NCBI GenBank assembly: GCA_022009755.1
Contig: CP091722.1
Location: forward strand, 852,772 to 916,771
Direction of reading: 5' to 3'
From: Oscillospiraceae bacterium
GTDB taxonomy: Bacteria; Bacillota; Clostridia; Christensenellales; QALW01
Length of the DNA: 64,000 nt
Shown here piece by piece: positions 22,006 through 32,180 of the stretch. The notes beneath the pieces were generated by a model. That model was not told where the DNA came from and did no database searches. It saw only the letters and a list, made by a program, of their open reading frames with translations. The position numbers and the translations under genes are program-made. Every line of letters starts with the position of its first letter. The stretch's first letter is position 1.

Positions 22006-22030
22006 AACCCTGCCGCAGCGGCAGGGTTTT
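22006..22030 (+). terminator. intrinsic terminator closing the plus-strand orphan unit
   Basis: CCCTGCCG / CGGCAGGG 8-bp stem, CAG loop, then TTTT. Confidence 0.65.
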
Positions 22031-22038
22031 CGGTATGC

Positions 22039-22082
22039 AAAAAAATATGCGCCCGAAAGCCGAATGCTTTCAAAGCGCATAT
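22039..22082 (-). terminator. intrinsic terminator after thiI
   Basis: On the minus strand, ATATGCGC ... GCGCATAT with inner GAAAGC / GCTTTC pairing, followed by a T7 run. Confidence 0.6.
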
Positions 22083-22188
22083 CAATTAACACCATGGTTT
22101 ATTTCTTTATTAAATGTCCCTTAGGATGGCTTCCGTTTGCACAATCAGCAGCCTCTTATGTGCCCGCATTTTTGTGAAAAGCACCGTA

Positions 22189-23360
22189 TCAAGCCTGCTC
22201 CGGGCGTATCTCCATCAGCTCTGCGGTTTCTATCGCCTCTTTAAGCATCTCCTGCCCGTCAAAGCATTTCTCCGCCTCCTCCATAAGCTCTAATGTGGGA
22301 TGTGTAACCGGATGCCTCGGCGTAAACACCGTGCAGCAATCCTCATAGGGCAAAATGGAGGTTTTGTATGTACCTATCTCCTCGGCTCTGTTCATAATTT
22401 CCAGCTTGTCCATGCCTATAAGCGGGCGGAACACCGGAATATCCGTTACCGCATCGGTGCAGCACAGGCTCTCCATGGTCTGGCTTGCCACCTGTCCTAT
22501 GCTCTCGCCCGTAATAAGCGCGGACGCGCCGTTCTGCTTTGCTATCTGCTGCGCTATACGCATCATGTACCGCCGCATTACCACCGTAATGGTTTTATCC
22601 GGGCAGTTATTGTATATCGCCTCCTGAAGCTTTGTAAAGCTTACAATATGCAGCCTTATCGGACCGCAGTAAGCCGAAAGCTCCCTTGCCAAATCAATAA
22701 CCTTCTGCTTTGCCCGCTCAGAGGTGTGCGGGAAGCTGTGAAATGCACCGCCTCAAGCACCACGCCGCGTTTTGCTATCATATATCCCGCTACCGGGCTG
22801 TCAATGCCCCCGGAAAGCAGCAGCATCGCCTTTCCATTGGTTCCCACCGGCATACCGCCCACGGCGGGAATACTGGAGGCATATATGTACGCCTTTTCCC
22901 GTATCTCTACCTCTATCGTGTGCTGCGGATCATGCACATCCACCTTCATCTCGGGATACGCCTCCAATACAGCCCCGCCGATATGCGCGCATATCTCCGG
23001 CGATTCCATGGGGAAGCGTTTATCGCTCCTGCGCGCCTTTATCTTGAAGCTGCCCTTGGTTATTCCCTGCTGCGCCATGACCTCAATCACGGCTTTGCAG
23101 AGCGCGTCAATATCCTTTTCCGCCTCGGTTGCCACCGAAAGCGCATGGATTCCGAATACCCTGCGCAGGCGCTCCGTTGCCGCCTCCATATCCTCATCGC
23201 TTATATTATGCACATATATTCTGCTCTGTGCGCTGTTCACCTTGCCGCCGAAGGGGCGCACCGCCGCCCTGATGTGCTCTGCAAGCTTTTTTTCAAAATA
23301 CGGGCGGTTAAGCCCCTTTAAGTGTACCTCTCCCACCTTTACCAATATACAGCTGCTCAT
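22189..23360 (-). CDS. thiI: tRNA 4-thiouridine synthase ThiI; one frame break
   Basis: Pieces 22656-23411 and 22189-22692, break near 22740. PP-loop SGGIDSPVAG and THUMP-type N-terminal half. ATG 23360 overlaps the iscS stop (ATGA). Confidence 0.85.
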
Positions 23361-24481
23361 CTTCTTTTGAACCTCAACAATCCTGCGGATATTTCGTTTA
23401 TAATCCGGCACGCCTGCGCCGCCTCATCCTTTGTGTTAAGCGCACCTATTCCTATGCGCACCGTTCCCTGTGCAATACTTCTCTCCAGTCCCATGCTTTC
23501 CATCGTTCTTGAAATACGGCTGCTGCGCGAGGAGCATGCACTGCCCTTGCCCACGATCACTCCCGCCTCCTCCAGAGCATTTTGCAGCGTGGAGGCCTGA
23601 AGCCCCGGAAATGCCGCGCTTACAATGTGCGGCGCCGTCCTGGCCCCCGCGGAATTTATAACGCAGCCCTTAAGCTCCGTAAGAAATATATTTTTTATTT
23701 CTTTTATTCTGTCAACGGCATGGGCATCCTCAAATTCCTTAAGTGCCGATGCATACGCCGCTATCCCCGGCAGATTCACCGTGCCCGACCTGAAGCCCTC
23801 CTGCTGTCCGCCGCCTTCAAAAAGCCGTTCAATGCGCGTTCCCCGCGCCACATACAGTGCTCCCACTCCCTTTGGGGCATGCACCTTGTGCGCGCTCACG
23901 GAATATGCATCCACGCCCAGCTCTTTTACATTCACCTTTATGCGCATGTGCGCCTGCACTCCGTCACTGTGGAATATGCATCCGGGAGACAGCCTGTGCG
24001 TCAGCTCCGCCAGCTCCTTTACGGGGTTTATAACACCGGTTTCATTGTTTACATGCATTATGCTTACAAGCGCGCATTTATCATCCAATTCATTTTCCAG
24101 CGCCCGTGCGCTTACAACGCCGTTTCCGTCAACCGGCAGCACCGTTATCCTTGCAGCGCGCGTTTTCATCCTCATTGCGGCCTCATACACCGCCGGATGC
24201 TCGGTTGCGGATATCAAAATGCGGTCCCTCTGCCTTGAAACCGCTCCGAAAAGCACCGTGTTGTCGCTCTCCGTGCCCCCTGATGTAAAAAACAGCTCCT
24301 TTTCTCCGGCTCCGATGGTGGCCGCCGCCGCGCTGCGTGCGCGCTGCAGCTCCTTTTCATTAAAAAGCGCCGCCGTATACGGTGCGGAGCTGTTGAAATA
24401 ATCCCTTTTCATAAATCTCAGCGCCGTATCCGCAGCTGCATCAAAAACCTGCGTTGTTGCGCAGTTGTCAAAATACATCAT
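23357..24481 (-). CDS. iscS: cysteine desulfurase (NifS/IscS family)
   Basis: Start MMYFDNCATT. PLP-lysine region SAHKVHAPKG and active-site loop GSACSS. Confidence 0.85.
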   Translation of the reverse strand: MMYFDNCATTQVFDAAADTALRFMKRDYFNSSAPYTAALFNEKELQRARSAAAATIGAGEKELFFTSGGTESDNTVLFGAVSRQRDRILISATEHPAVYEAAMRMKTRAARITVLPVDGNGVVSARALENELDDKCALVSIMHVNNETGVINPVKELAELTHRLSPGCIFHSDGVQAHMRIKVNVKELGVDAYSVSAHKVHAPKGVGALYVARGTRIERLFEGGGQQEGFRSGTVNLPGIAAYASALKEFEDAHAVDRIKEIKNIFLTELKGCVINSAGARTAPHIVSAAFPGLQASTLQNALEEAGVIVGKGSACSSRSSRISRTMESMGLERSIAQGTVRIGIGALNTKDEAAQACRIINEISAGLLRFKRR

Positions 24482-25236
24482 AGCGTCACCGACCTTGGCA
24501 TCTCGCGGCGTATAAGGCGCAGAAGCGACTGCTTCGGCTCCCATATCACAGCCAGCTTTTCATTTTTCACGCTGCACAGCACACAGTATTTCCTGCCGTC
24601 ATCATTCAGGGAATAATCCTTTATTTTGCGTTCTCCCGTCTCCGCCATGCGTTTGATATCTTCCCTATTAAGCGGCGCAATGCTTTCAATTTTTCCGCAC
24701 TCCGCGCAAAGCAGCTCCTTGCGCTTTTCGCCGTTGCTTATACGCGCAATGCGCAGTGCGCCGTCGGAAAATTCATAATCGTATTCAATCACGGCCCCGT
24801 CCTTAAGATGATAAAACAGCACCGTAAGCCCCGCCCAGAATACAATATCCGCCGCTCCGAAAACATATGCGCCCAACAGCAGGAAAACAACTCCCATGCC
24901 TGCTGCCGCAATGCTTACATACATCATTATGTTGTAAAGCCTATACCGTTTTTTGTCCTGCGTGTAATCCGGCTTGCGCACGCTCTGCTCAAAGGAGGTA
25001 TCAATTCCCGTTATCTCCCCGGAAAAAGCGCCGCTGCTCTCTGCCGCTTCCGTATTATCGCCTTCCCAAGGCTTCGCCTCTGCGCCGGACCGCTCCGTTT
25101 CGTTTTCGTTTGCTAAGGCGTTTTCCGCCGGGCAGGTCCTTGCATCCGATGCAGCCTCCCCTGCCGGACAAGCCGCCTCCTTCAGTTTTTCCCGCTCTTT
25201 AACATCCTCGCTCCCGGCAGATATATTGTCGTTCAT
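24478..25236 (-). CDS. uncharacterised membrane protein, translationally coupled to iscS
   Basis: ATG 25236. Acidic low-complexity N-terminus, two TM helices and a ~110-aa C-terminal domain. Its stop overlaps the iscS ATG (ATGA at 24478-24481). Confidence 0.5.
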   Translation of the reverse strand: MNDNISAGSEDVKEREKLKEAACPAGEAASDARTCPAENALANENETERSGAEAKPWEGDNTEAAESSGAFSGEITGIDTSFEQSVRKPDYTQDKKRYRLYNIMMYVSIAAAGMGVVFLLLGAYVFGAADIVFWAGLTVLFYHLKDGAVIEYDYEFSDGALRIARISNGEKRKELLCAECGKIESIAPLNREDIKRMAETGERKIKDYSLNDDGRKYCVLCSVKNEKLAVIWEPKQSLLRLIRREMPRSVTL

Positions 25237-25499
25237 AAAAAGCCTCTTTTCCGTTATCCGCGCTTTTCTTTGCTCCGGCGGCAAAGTCTTTGCCGACACG
25301 CAATTTTGCGCAGCATTATCAGATTGATATAATAACACAATACCGGGCAATTTCAACTCTTTTCCTCCCTTTGCTGTGCCCGCGGCATAAATCGGCAAAT
25401 ACCTTTTTGTATCCCGATGCCGCACTGTTGTTTTTGCAAGCGTTATATGCTATACTTATGCAAACCGGCTTTTGCCGTAATACTCCAAAGGAGGCCTGT

Positions 25500-26240
25500 A
25501 TGTCAAAGAGCAAAACGCGGCTTTGCCTGCTTATTGCATCGTGTACGCTCGCTGCGGCGATCCTGCTTATCCTTGTGCTCTTTTTTCAGGGCATTGTCCG
25601 TTTCAACGAGCCGGGAAGCAAATATCCCGTAAAGGGCGTGGATATTTCCGCCCACCAGGGGCAGGCCGACTGGCCTCTGCTTGCTTCTCAGGGCATTTCC
25701 TTTGCCTTTATAAAGGCCACCGAGGGCTCATCGTACACCGATCCGCAGTATGCCGCAAACATTAAAGGCGCGTTAAGTGCGGGGCTCGCGGCGGGCGCAT
25801 ACCATTTTTTCAGCTTTGAATCCCCGTTTTCCACGCAGCTTGAGCATTTTCACGCCGTAGCGGGCGACCTTTCCGGCATGCTTCCTCCCGTTGTGGATGT
25901 TGAATTCTACGGCAGCTTCCGCTCTGCCCGCGATATTGATGCAGCCGCCGTAAAGCGCGAACTGCGCGGCTTTGTGGACGGTCTAAGCCGTATTTATAAT
26001 AAAACCCCCGTCATCTACACCACACAGGCGGCAAAAAACAGCATCCTCGGCTCCGATTTTGACGATTGCGACCTTTGGATCCGCAGCGTATACCTGCCGG
26101 TAAGCGCAAAGGAAAACTGGCGCTTCTGGCAATATAACGACCGTGCCCGCCTCAAAGGCTATAACGGCAGGGAACGCTTTATCGATATGAATGTCTTTAA
26201 CGGCAGCCGCGAGGAATTTGACGAATATCTCTCGCGGTAA
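25500..26240 (+). CDS. GH25 lysozyme (muramidase) with N-terminal membrane anchor
   Basis: ATG 25500 after GGAGG. Motifs GVDISAHQG, FAFIKATEG and GAYHFF. Confidence 0.8.
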   Translation: MSKSKTRLCLLIASCTLAAAILLILVLFFQGIVRFNEPGSKYPVKGVDISAHQGQADWPLLASQGISFAFIKATEGSSYTDPQYAANIKGALSAGLAAGAYHFFSFESPFSTQLEHFHAVAGDLSGMLPPVVDVEFYGSFRSARDIDAAAVKRELRGFVDGLSRIYNKTPVIYTTQAAKNSILGSDFDDCDLWIRSVYLPVSAKENWRFWQYNDRARLKGYNGRERFIDMNVFNGSREEFDEYLSR

Positions 26241-26337
26241 GGCTCCGCCCTCTAACGGACATTTCCCCTTATAGTCCGGCTTATAAAATGCCGCAAATTG
26301 CTTCTGTTTTTATAAAACGCAACTAATACGCCGTCCC

Positions 26338-26775
26338 TCACCGATTATCATATTCCTCCCGTTCCTCCTTCGGAAATGCCTCTCCCCAATAACAGGGCGA
26401 AAGCTCCGCCAATGTTTTGAATATAATTTTATTCTCCGGGTTAGTTACGGCTACTTTTACATTCTCTCCCCAGTACCTGAGCCTTTCCTGACATATACCG
26501 CACGCAGTCAGTATTTTGAATTCTTCGTCCGTGTCTTCTCTTGAAATGCATAATGAATGTGTTATGCGCAGATCCAGCTTCTGCGCCTGGCACATCGCGC
26601 CGGTTTCCATGCATAACCCCGCACCGCTGTTGAAGCACTCCAACGCTACGGATATCAGATACTGTCCTTCCTGTGTATAGGCTATCGCGCAGCCGCCCCA
26701 TCCGGAAGGAAACCTTCGGTTTACAAATTCCGCCGCTCTTTCATACATCTGCCGTCCTATTTCATTATCGTTCAT
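26338..26775 (-). CDS. cytidine/blasticidin-S deaminase-fold protein
   Basis: 145 aa. Zinc-ligand pattern C-M-E (LCMETGAM) and CGICQERL, comparable to CAE ... PCGxCRQ. Confidence 0.6.
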   Translation of the reverse strand: MNDNEIGRQMYERAAEFVNRRFPSGWGGCAIAYTQEGQYLISVALECFNSGAGLCMETGAMCQAQKLDLRITHSLCISREDTDEEFKILTACGICQERLRYWGENVKVAVTNPENKIIFKTLAELSPCYWGEAFPKEEREEYDNR

Positions 26776-26883
26776 ATACGCCGTCTCCTTAATTTGCGTT
26801 TTATCCTACCGCTTTTGATTTTATATATTTGATAAGCCGTCCGATAAGCCTCTTCTTTGCTCTTGCCGTGTAAGCATCCCCGT

Positions 26884-27729
26884 TTACCCTTTCTTTTGCG
26901 GCGCAAAATAATGCTCCTGCGCATAAGCAAACCGTTCGCCAAACCGCCTTACCGCCTCACGGCTTACTGCAAGTCCCGGCCGCAGCATATCAAAGGCGTG
27001 CATATCGGAATGATACACATCCGCCTCCGCCGGAATGCCGCAGGCCCTGAGCTTTTCCGTATAACTAAGCGTCTCTGCGTAAAACGGCTCGCCGTCGCCC
27101 ACAAAGGTATATGCAGGCGGCAGTCCTGAAAAATCCTCAAGGCGCGCCGGCGCGGCATAAGGGGATAAATTTTCCCTGTCCTGTCCGCGCAGATAGCAGC
27201 GCCATGCCATATGGTTTTTTCGTGTGTTCCAGCCCTTGCCGTGATTATCTCTTGAGCTTTCCGTATCCCTGTCATCCAGCATGGGGTACAGCGGCATCTG
27301 AAAAGCCACCTTTACCTCTCCTCTGTCCCGCGCCATAATGCATACCGCAGCGCACAGCCCGCCGCCTGCGCTTTCTCCACCCACCATTATCTGATTCTCG
27401 CGCACGCCCATTTCCCCGGCATGCTCCTTAAGGTACAACAGCGCCGCATAGCAATCCTCCGCAGCCGCCGGATAAGGCGAAAACGGCGCCAAACGGTACC
27501 CCGGCGATATCACCGCCGCGCCGAAGCGCTTAACAAGGTCAACGGCTCTTGACATATGTACCATTTCCTTCATCCCGGTTATGTACCCGCCGCCGTGGAT
27601 CCACAGCACCCCCGTTGCCTGCGCGGGTCTTTGTCTCGGATACAGCACCAGCGCCGGTATTTTACGCTCCTTTGAAGGAATTTTGATTTTTTCAACGCAT
27701 ATCTCCCTGTCGGGTATAATAAAACGCAT
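26884..27729 (-). CDS. alpha/beta hydrolase, hormone-sensitive-lipase-like esterase
   Basis: HGGGY oxyanion motif and GESAGG nucleophile elbow. ATG 27729 has GGGAG 6 nt upstream; the track start 27756 is a TTG. Confidence 0.7.
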   Translation of the reverse strand: MRFIIPDREICVEKIKIPSKERKIPALVLYPRQRPAQATGVLWIHGGGYITGMKEMVHMSRAVDLVKRFGAAVISPGYRLAPFSPYPAAAEDCYAALLYLKEHAGEMGVRENQIMVGGESAGGGLCAAVCIMARDRGEVKVAFQMPLYPMLDDRDTESSRDNHGKGWNTRKNHMAWRCYLRGQDRENLSPYAAPARLEDFSGLPPAYTFVGDGEPFYAETLSYTEKLRACGIPAEADVYHSDMHAFDMLRPGLAVSREAVRRFGERFAYAQEHYFAPQKKG

Positions 27730-27912
27730 CGCGCTCTCCCTATTTTTTCGCCGCAAGCAGCCGCCTGCAAAGCCGTTATATCCAAAATAAACCGTATGTT
27801 TATAAATATTTTATCACAATTTCGACCAAATTGCGAGATAAATTGCTCGCCGGCAAACAAGCAAAAAGACATTTTCGGCCAAATATTCGCTGTTATCAGT
27901 TATCAGCATAAA

Positions 27913-27952
27913 TAAAAAGCACCCCCGCCGCGCCGCAGCCGACACGGGGGTG
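27913..27952 (-). terminator. intrinsic terminator after spoVAE
   Basis: CACCCCCG / CGGGGGTG 8-bp stem, followed on the minus strand by CTTTTTATTT. Confidence 0.6.
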
Positions 27953-28020
27953 ATGCAATTCCGTATTTTTCGGCGCAGCGTCTGCCGCCCGCTTCTTTTT
28001 GTAACGGCGCAAATCAAGCG

Positions 28021-28389
28021 CTATTTCTTTGTGCCGGAATAAAATATAAGAGCATTGATATAGCCGAAAAACACCGCCGCCGCAATTCCTCCAGCAGTAG
28101 CGGTAACTCCCCCGGTCAACACTCCCAGCAAGCCTCTTTCCCGTATTCCCTCCAGCACCCCCTGAAAAAGCGAGTGTCCGAAGCCCAGCAGCGGCACGGT
28201 GGCCCCCGCCTTTGCAAATTCCGCAAACGGACCGTAAATGCCCAGCGCGCTGAGCAGCACTCCCATGGTCACCAGTCCCACAAGTATCCGCGAGGAGGTA
28301 AGCTTGGTTTTGTCAATTATCAGCTGGCACACTGCGCATATGGCTCCGCCCACCGCGAACACTTTAAGATAAGTTAAAAAAATATCCAT
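28021..28389 (-). CDS. spoVAE: stage V sporulation protein AE
   Basis: Small four-helix membrane protein (FAVGGAICAVCQLIID, VPLLGFGHSL). ATG 28389 follows AGGTGA. Last gene of the spoVAC-AD-AE order. Confidence 0.85.
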   Translation of the reverse strand: MDIFLTYLKVFAVGGAICAVCQLIIDKTKLTSSRILVGLVTMGVLLSALGIYGPFAEFAKAGATVPLLGFGHSLFQGVLEGIRERGLLGVLTGGVTATAGGIAAAVFFGYINALIFYSGTKK

Positions 28390-28463
28390 TTTTTTCACCT
28401 GTTTTTTTACTGTTTTTTTAACGGTTTTTCTGCGTGTTTTTTTGCATTTTTAATGCTTTTTTT
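28389..28463. repeat. periodic oligo-T (oligo-A on coding strand) array in the spoVAD-spoVAE spacer
   Basis: T5-T7 runs start at 28389, 28402, 28413, 28425, 28437, 28447 and 28457, a spacing of 10-13 nt. Confidence 0.7.
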
Positions 28464-28473
28464 ATCCTGCTCT

Positions 28474-29481
28474 TCACCGCACGGCACAGTGCTCTATCTG
28501 CACGGCATGCGCTACCGCAGGGATATTTTCCCCCTGCATGGAGCTGGTCAGGCTCATAAGCGCGCCTGTACCCGCAAAAAGCACTCTTTTAAGCGCACCT
28601 GTGCGTATTTTGGGTATAATACAGGCATTCATCACCGCAGCAGAGCAGCCGCACCCGCTGCCCCCCATATGCATATCCTGTTTTTCCGAATATATCATGC
28701 ACCCGCAGTCTATCAGCTTTTCTCCCAGCACTATTTTATCTCTTTGCAGCAGCTCTGCGCATATTCTCCTGCCCAGCTTGCCAAGATCCCCGGTAACAAC
28801 GGCATCATAATCCTCCGCCGTTGTCGCCGTTGCCGCAAAATGCCGCTTTATCGTATCCGCCGCAGCCGGCGCCATAGCCGCCCCCATATTGTTTGCATCG
28901 CTTATCCCTTCATCCATTACCCTGCCGTATGTTACCGCTTTTATACAGGCCCCTGTGTTTTTTCGGCTCAGATATGCTCCGCCCGTTCCCGTAACGGTCC
29001 ACTGCGCCGTCGGCGTGCGCTGCGTTCCCATATACAGCGGCATACGGTACTGCCTTTCCGCAGTGCAGAAATGCGAGCCGGTAACACACACCGCGCTGTC
29101 TATGCTGCCTCCGTCTATCATACAGGCAGCCAGCCCCATGCTAAGCGCCATGGTCGAGCACGCACCGTACAAACCTATATACGACCCGTCAAAATCCAGT
29201 GCCGAAAAAGATGCGCTTATTGTCTGGTTTAGCAGATCTCCCGCAAAAACCGCGTCCACCTCCGGCGCCGATATCCCCGCCCTTTTCATACATCCGTGCA
29301 GCACCGCCTTGAACATTTTTCTCTCCGCCTTTTCAAAGGAACGCTCCCCCCATTTATCGTCCTTAAGGCACACATCAAAATACTCGCCTAACGGCCCCTG
29401 ACTTTCCTTTTGACCCACGCAGGTAAAGCCGCAGGTAATATATACCCCGTTTTTAATCATAACGGTTTGCTTTCCGGTCAT
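28474..29481 (-). CDS. spoVAD: stage V sporulation protein AD
   Basis: Thiolase-like fold typical of SpoVAD (GQKESQGPLGEYFD, GACSTMA). Lies between spoVAC and spoVAE. Confidence 0.85.
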   Translation of the reverse strand: MTGKQTVMIKNGVYITCGFTCVGQKESQGPLGEYFDVCLKDDKWGERSFEKAERKMFKAVLHGCMKRAGISAPEVDAVFAGDLLNQTISASFSALDFDGSYIGLYGACSTMALSMGLAACMIDGGSIDSAVCVTGSHFCTAERQYRMPLYMGTQRTPTAQWTVTGTGGAYLSRKNTGACIKAVTYGRVMDEGISDANNMGAAMAPAAADTIKRHFAATATTAEDYDAVVTGDLGKLGRRICAELLQRDKIVLGEKLIDCGCMIYSEKQDMHMGGSGCGCSAAVMNACIIPKIRTGALKRVLFAGTGALMSLTSSMQGENIPAVAHAVQIEHCAVR

Positions 29482-29585
29482 TTTTCTTTTATTCCGTCCT
29501 TTTTGCATTGCTGTAAAAGCGCTGCCTTTTCAGGTGTTTTTCGGTCTGCTCCTGTCGCAATACGGCATCCGCTTTAATTGATATA

Positions 29586-30031
29586 TCAGTACAATCCGAA
29601 AATATAATATATAACTCCCGCAATAACAGAGGCGGATATGCCGTAAACCAGCACCGGCCCCGCCACCGTAAACAGCTTGCTGCCCACTCCCATAACCAGC
29701 CCCTCCTGCTTGAATTCAATGGCGGAAGCCACAATACTGTTGGAAAAGCCCGTTATAGGCACTATGCTGCCCGCGCCTGCATATTTGCCGATTTTGGCAT
29801 ACAACCCGATGCCCGTAAACAGTGCTCCCAGAAACACAAGCAGTATCGAGCTCCAGCACGCAGCCTCCTTTTCCGGCAGCACCGCAGAAAGCAGCAATGT
29901 AATACTCTGACCTATGCAGCATATGACGCCTCCAACCCAAAGGCACGCAGGCAATCCCGCAGCACATGGCTCGGAGGAGATATTCTCTCAACATATTCGG
30001 CATAGCTGTTATTGTTTTTACCGCTTTTCAT
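29586..30031 (-). CDS. spoVAC: stage V sporulation protein AC; one frame break near the 5' end
   Basis: WVGGVICCIGQ, ITGFSNSIV and GPVLVYG motifs. The N-terminal ~30 codons (MKSGKNNNSYAEYVERISPPSHVLRDCLRAF) are in another frame, break near 29950. ATG 30049 is an alternative start. Confidence 0.8.
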
Positions 30032-30374
30032 TTCACCGATTCCTTTCATGTTTATAGCTTTGTCCCTTCATGTATATATCCTTATCCTCATGATTCAGCC
30101 CGTTCCACAGCCCCTGAGCCACTTCAATTATACAGGCGCTGCTCCGCCTTGCATTTTTGTTCATTGCCGCGCTTATTTCCTTTCTTGGGCGAGGTTCTCA
30201 AAAGTTTTTTTGCCCATATTGGCCGCGCGCAAAAAAACCGCGCGAAAGCCTTCGTGCGGTTATTATGCTCATTTTTGCACCGTTTAATCAAAGCATATGC
30301 GTTTGCTTCTCAGCGCCGTCAGTACGGCAGCGCGACGATGTTTTCAAAAGCCGAAAACGCTATGATTTTATTTT

Positions 30375-31108
30375 TTATTTCATTCTTGCCCTCAGTTTTT
30401 TGATTATCCGGCTTTCCATTCTTGACACCTGCACCTGCGAAGTTCCCAGCACCGCAGCTATGGCCGACTGCGTCCTGTCCTCAAAATAGCGCATTGCAAT
30501 TATTTGCTTTTCCTCCTTTGTAAGCTCATTGAGGCACTGACGAAGCTGGATTATGTCCAGCGCGTCCGGGCCGCTTCTGCTTTCCAGCCTGTCCATAAGA
30601 CAGTCCTGAGTGCCGTCGCCGAATATAGGCTGCTCCAACGAAACGGCGGCATTGCCCGCCTCCAATGCCTCTAACGCGGCTTCCCGGCTGCACCCCAAAG
30701 CGCCGCACACCTCATCCAGCGTGGCCTCGGTTCCGTTTTTTGATATATACTCCGCCGTAAAGGCCTTTATGCGCTGCCTAAGCTCCTTGATCGAGCGCGC
30801 TATACGCACTGCTCCGCCGTCCCGCAGGTAACGCTTTATCTCTCCGATTATCATCGGAACGGCATAGGTGGAAAACCTTACTCCGTATGTGGGATCAAAG
30901 CCCTTTATGGCCTTTATAAGCCCCACAAAGCCTATCTGCATAAGATCGTCGCGATCGGCCTGACTGCAGCACGAAACCTCCGCACCATTGATTTTACAAG
31001 AGGCGTATTAAGCTCTACCAGCTTATCCGCCGCCTGTTTATCGCCGTTTTTGGCCGCAGTAAGCAGCTCCATGGAATTCTCGCTGCCATAATCAAGCTTT
31101 TGCGTCAT
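30375..31108 (-). CDS. sigF: sporulation sigma factor SigF; one frame break
   Basis: Region 2 [35 protein letters not shown] and region 4 [26 protein letters not shown]-terminal ~55 codons from ATG 31108 are in another frame, break near 30950-30975. Confidence 0.85.
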
Positions 31109-31540
31109 CAGAGACCTCGTTGATTATCTTACTCATTTTAACGGTGGTTCCCTTGCCGGGAACGGATTTCACCCTTACACTGTCCATAAAGCTTTCCATA
31201 ACGGAAAAGCCCATGCCTGAGCGTTCATACTCCGGCGCGGTGGTATAAAGGGCTGCATGGCTTTTTCAACATCCTCAATGCCCCTTCCTTTGTCGCTTAC
31301 GGATATATGCAGCGTATCCCCTCTTATGTATGCCGACAATGTTACCACGCCTCCATCGGGGCCGTACCCATGCACAACGGCATTTGTAACCGCCTCACTG
31401 ACCGCCGTTTTAATTTCAATTATTTTTTCAACCGGCGGGTTCAGTCCCGACGCAAATGCCGCTATGCACACCCTTGCCAATGTCTCGTTTTCCGGGCTTG
31501 CACAAAACTCCAGCTTCATTGAATTTTTTCCGTTTTTCAT
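31092..31540 (-). CDS. spoIIAB: anti-sigma F factor SpoIIAB (serine kinase); one frame break
   Basis: N box [11 protein letters not shown] and G1 box DKGRGI. Adding one C to the C run near 31255 restores [24 protein letters not shown] ... with the stop at 31092-31094. Confidence 0.85.
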
Positions 31541-31624
31541 TTTATCCCTCCGCCTGTCCCGCATTGCCGGGATCAGTTTTTTTCCTGTGATAGCCTGTTT
31601 TCGGAAATGCATATGCTTTATATT

Positions 31625-31951
31625 CTATCCGGCCTTGCTTTCCTTTTCATTGCACAAACGAATGATCTTATATATCCCCGAAATATCCAGTATTCTGTCC
31701 ACTGCGTCCGTTGCTCCGCGAAGCGCAACTATGCACCCCTTCGGGATAAGCTTTTTATATCGGCCTATCAGAAAGCCCACCCCCGAGCTGTCCATAAATG
31801 TCACCTGAGACATATCAAATATGACCCTTTTACAGCTGACATTTTCCAGCGTCTTGTCCACCTGATCCCTCAGCGCCTCGGCGCGGCAATGATCAAGCTC
31901 TCCGTCCAGATATACGACAAAATCGTTTCTGCTTTCAATTGTTCCGTACAA
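31625..31951 (-). CDS. spoIIAA: anti-sigma F factor antagonist SpoIIAA (STAS domain)
   Basis: STAS motif VTFMDSSGVG with the phosphorylatable Ser. TTG start 31951 lies 7 nt after GGTGA. Confidence 0.85.
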   Translation of the reverse strand: MYGTIESRNDFVVYLDGELDHCRAEALRDQVDKTLENVSCKRVIFDMSQVTFMDSSGVGFLIGRYKKLIPKGCIVALRGATDAVDRILDISGIYKIIRLCNEKESKAG

Positions 31952-32180
31952 AACAGTTTCACCATCCTTAAGCCGCTGCTGCGGCCGTGTTTACATATTT
32001 ATCCGTCAGTTATAATTATTTCTATTCGCGCTGCAAATCCCCTTTGCAATCTTTTGACGAAACAGCACTGTTTTTGTAAATTCAGTCTTGAAATTGTTTT
32101 TGAAATGTAGTAAAATATTCGGTATGAGTGTATAACGGCATAAGGCAATACTTTCAGGCAATACAGGGAGGCCGAACAGC

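Noticed and set aside
31952-32100. Attempt to place a sigma-H promoter upstream of spoIIAA (AAAGGGGATTT ... GAAT).
   Set aside because: The spacing between the -35-like and -10-like elements is far shorter than the 11-12 nt of the consensus.
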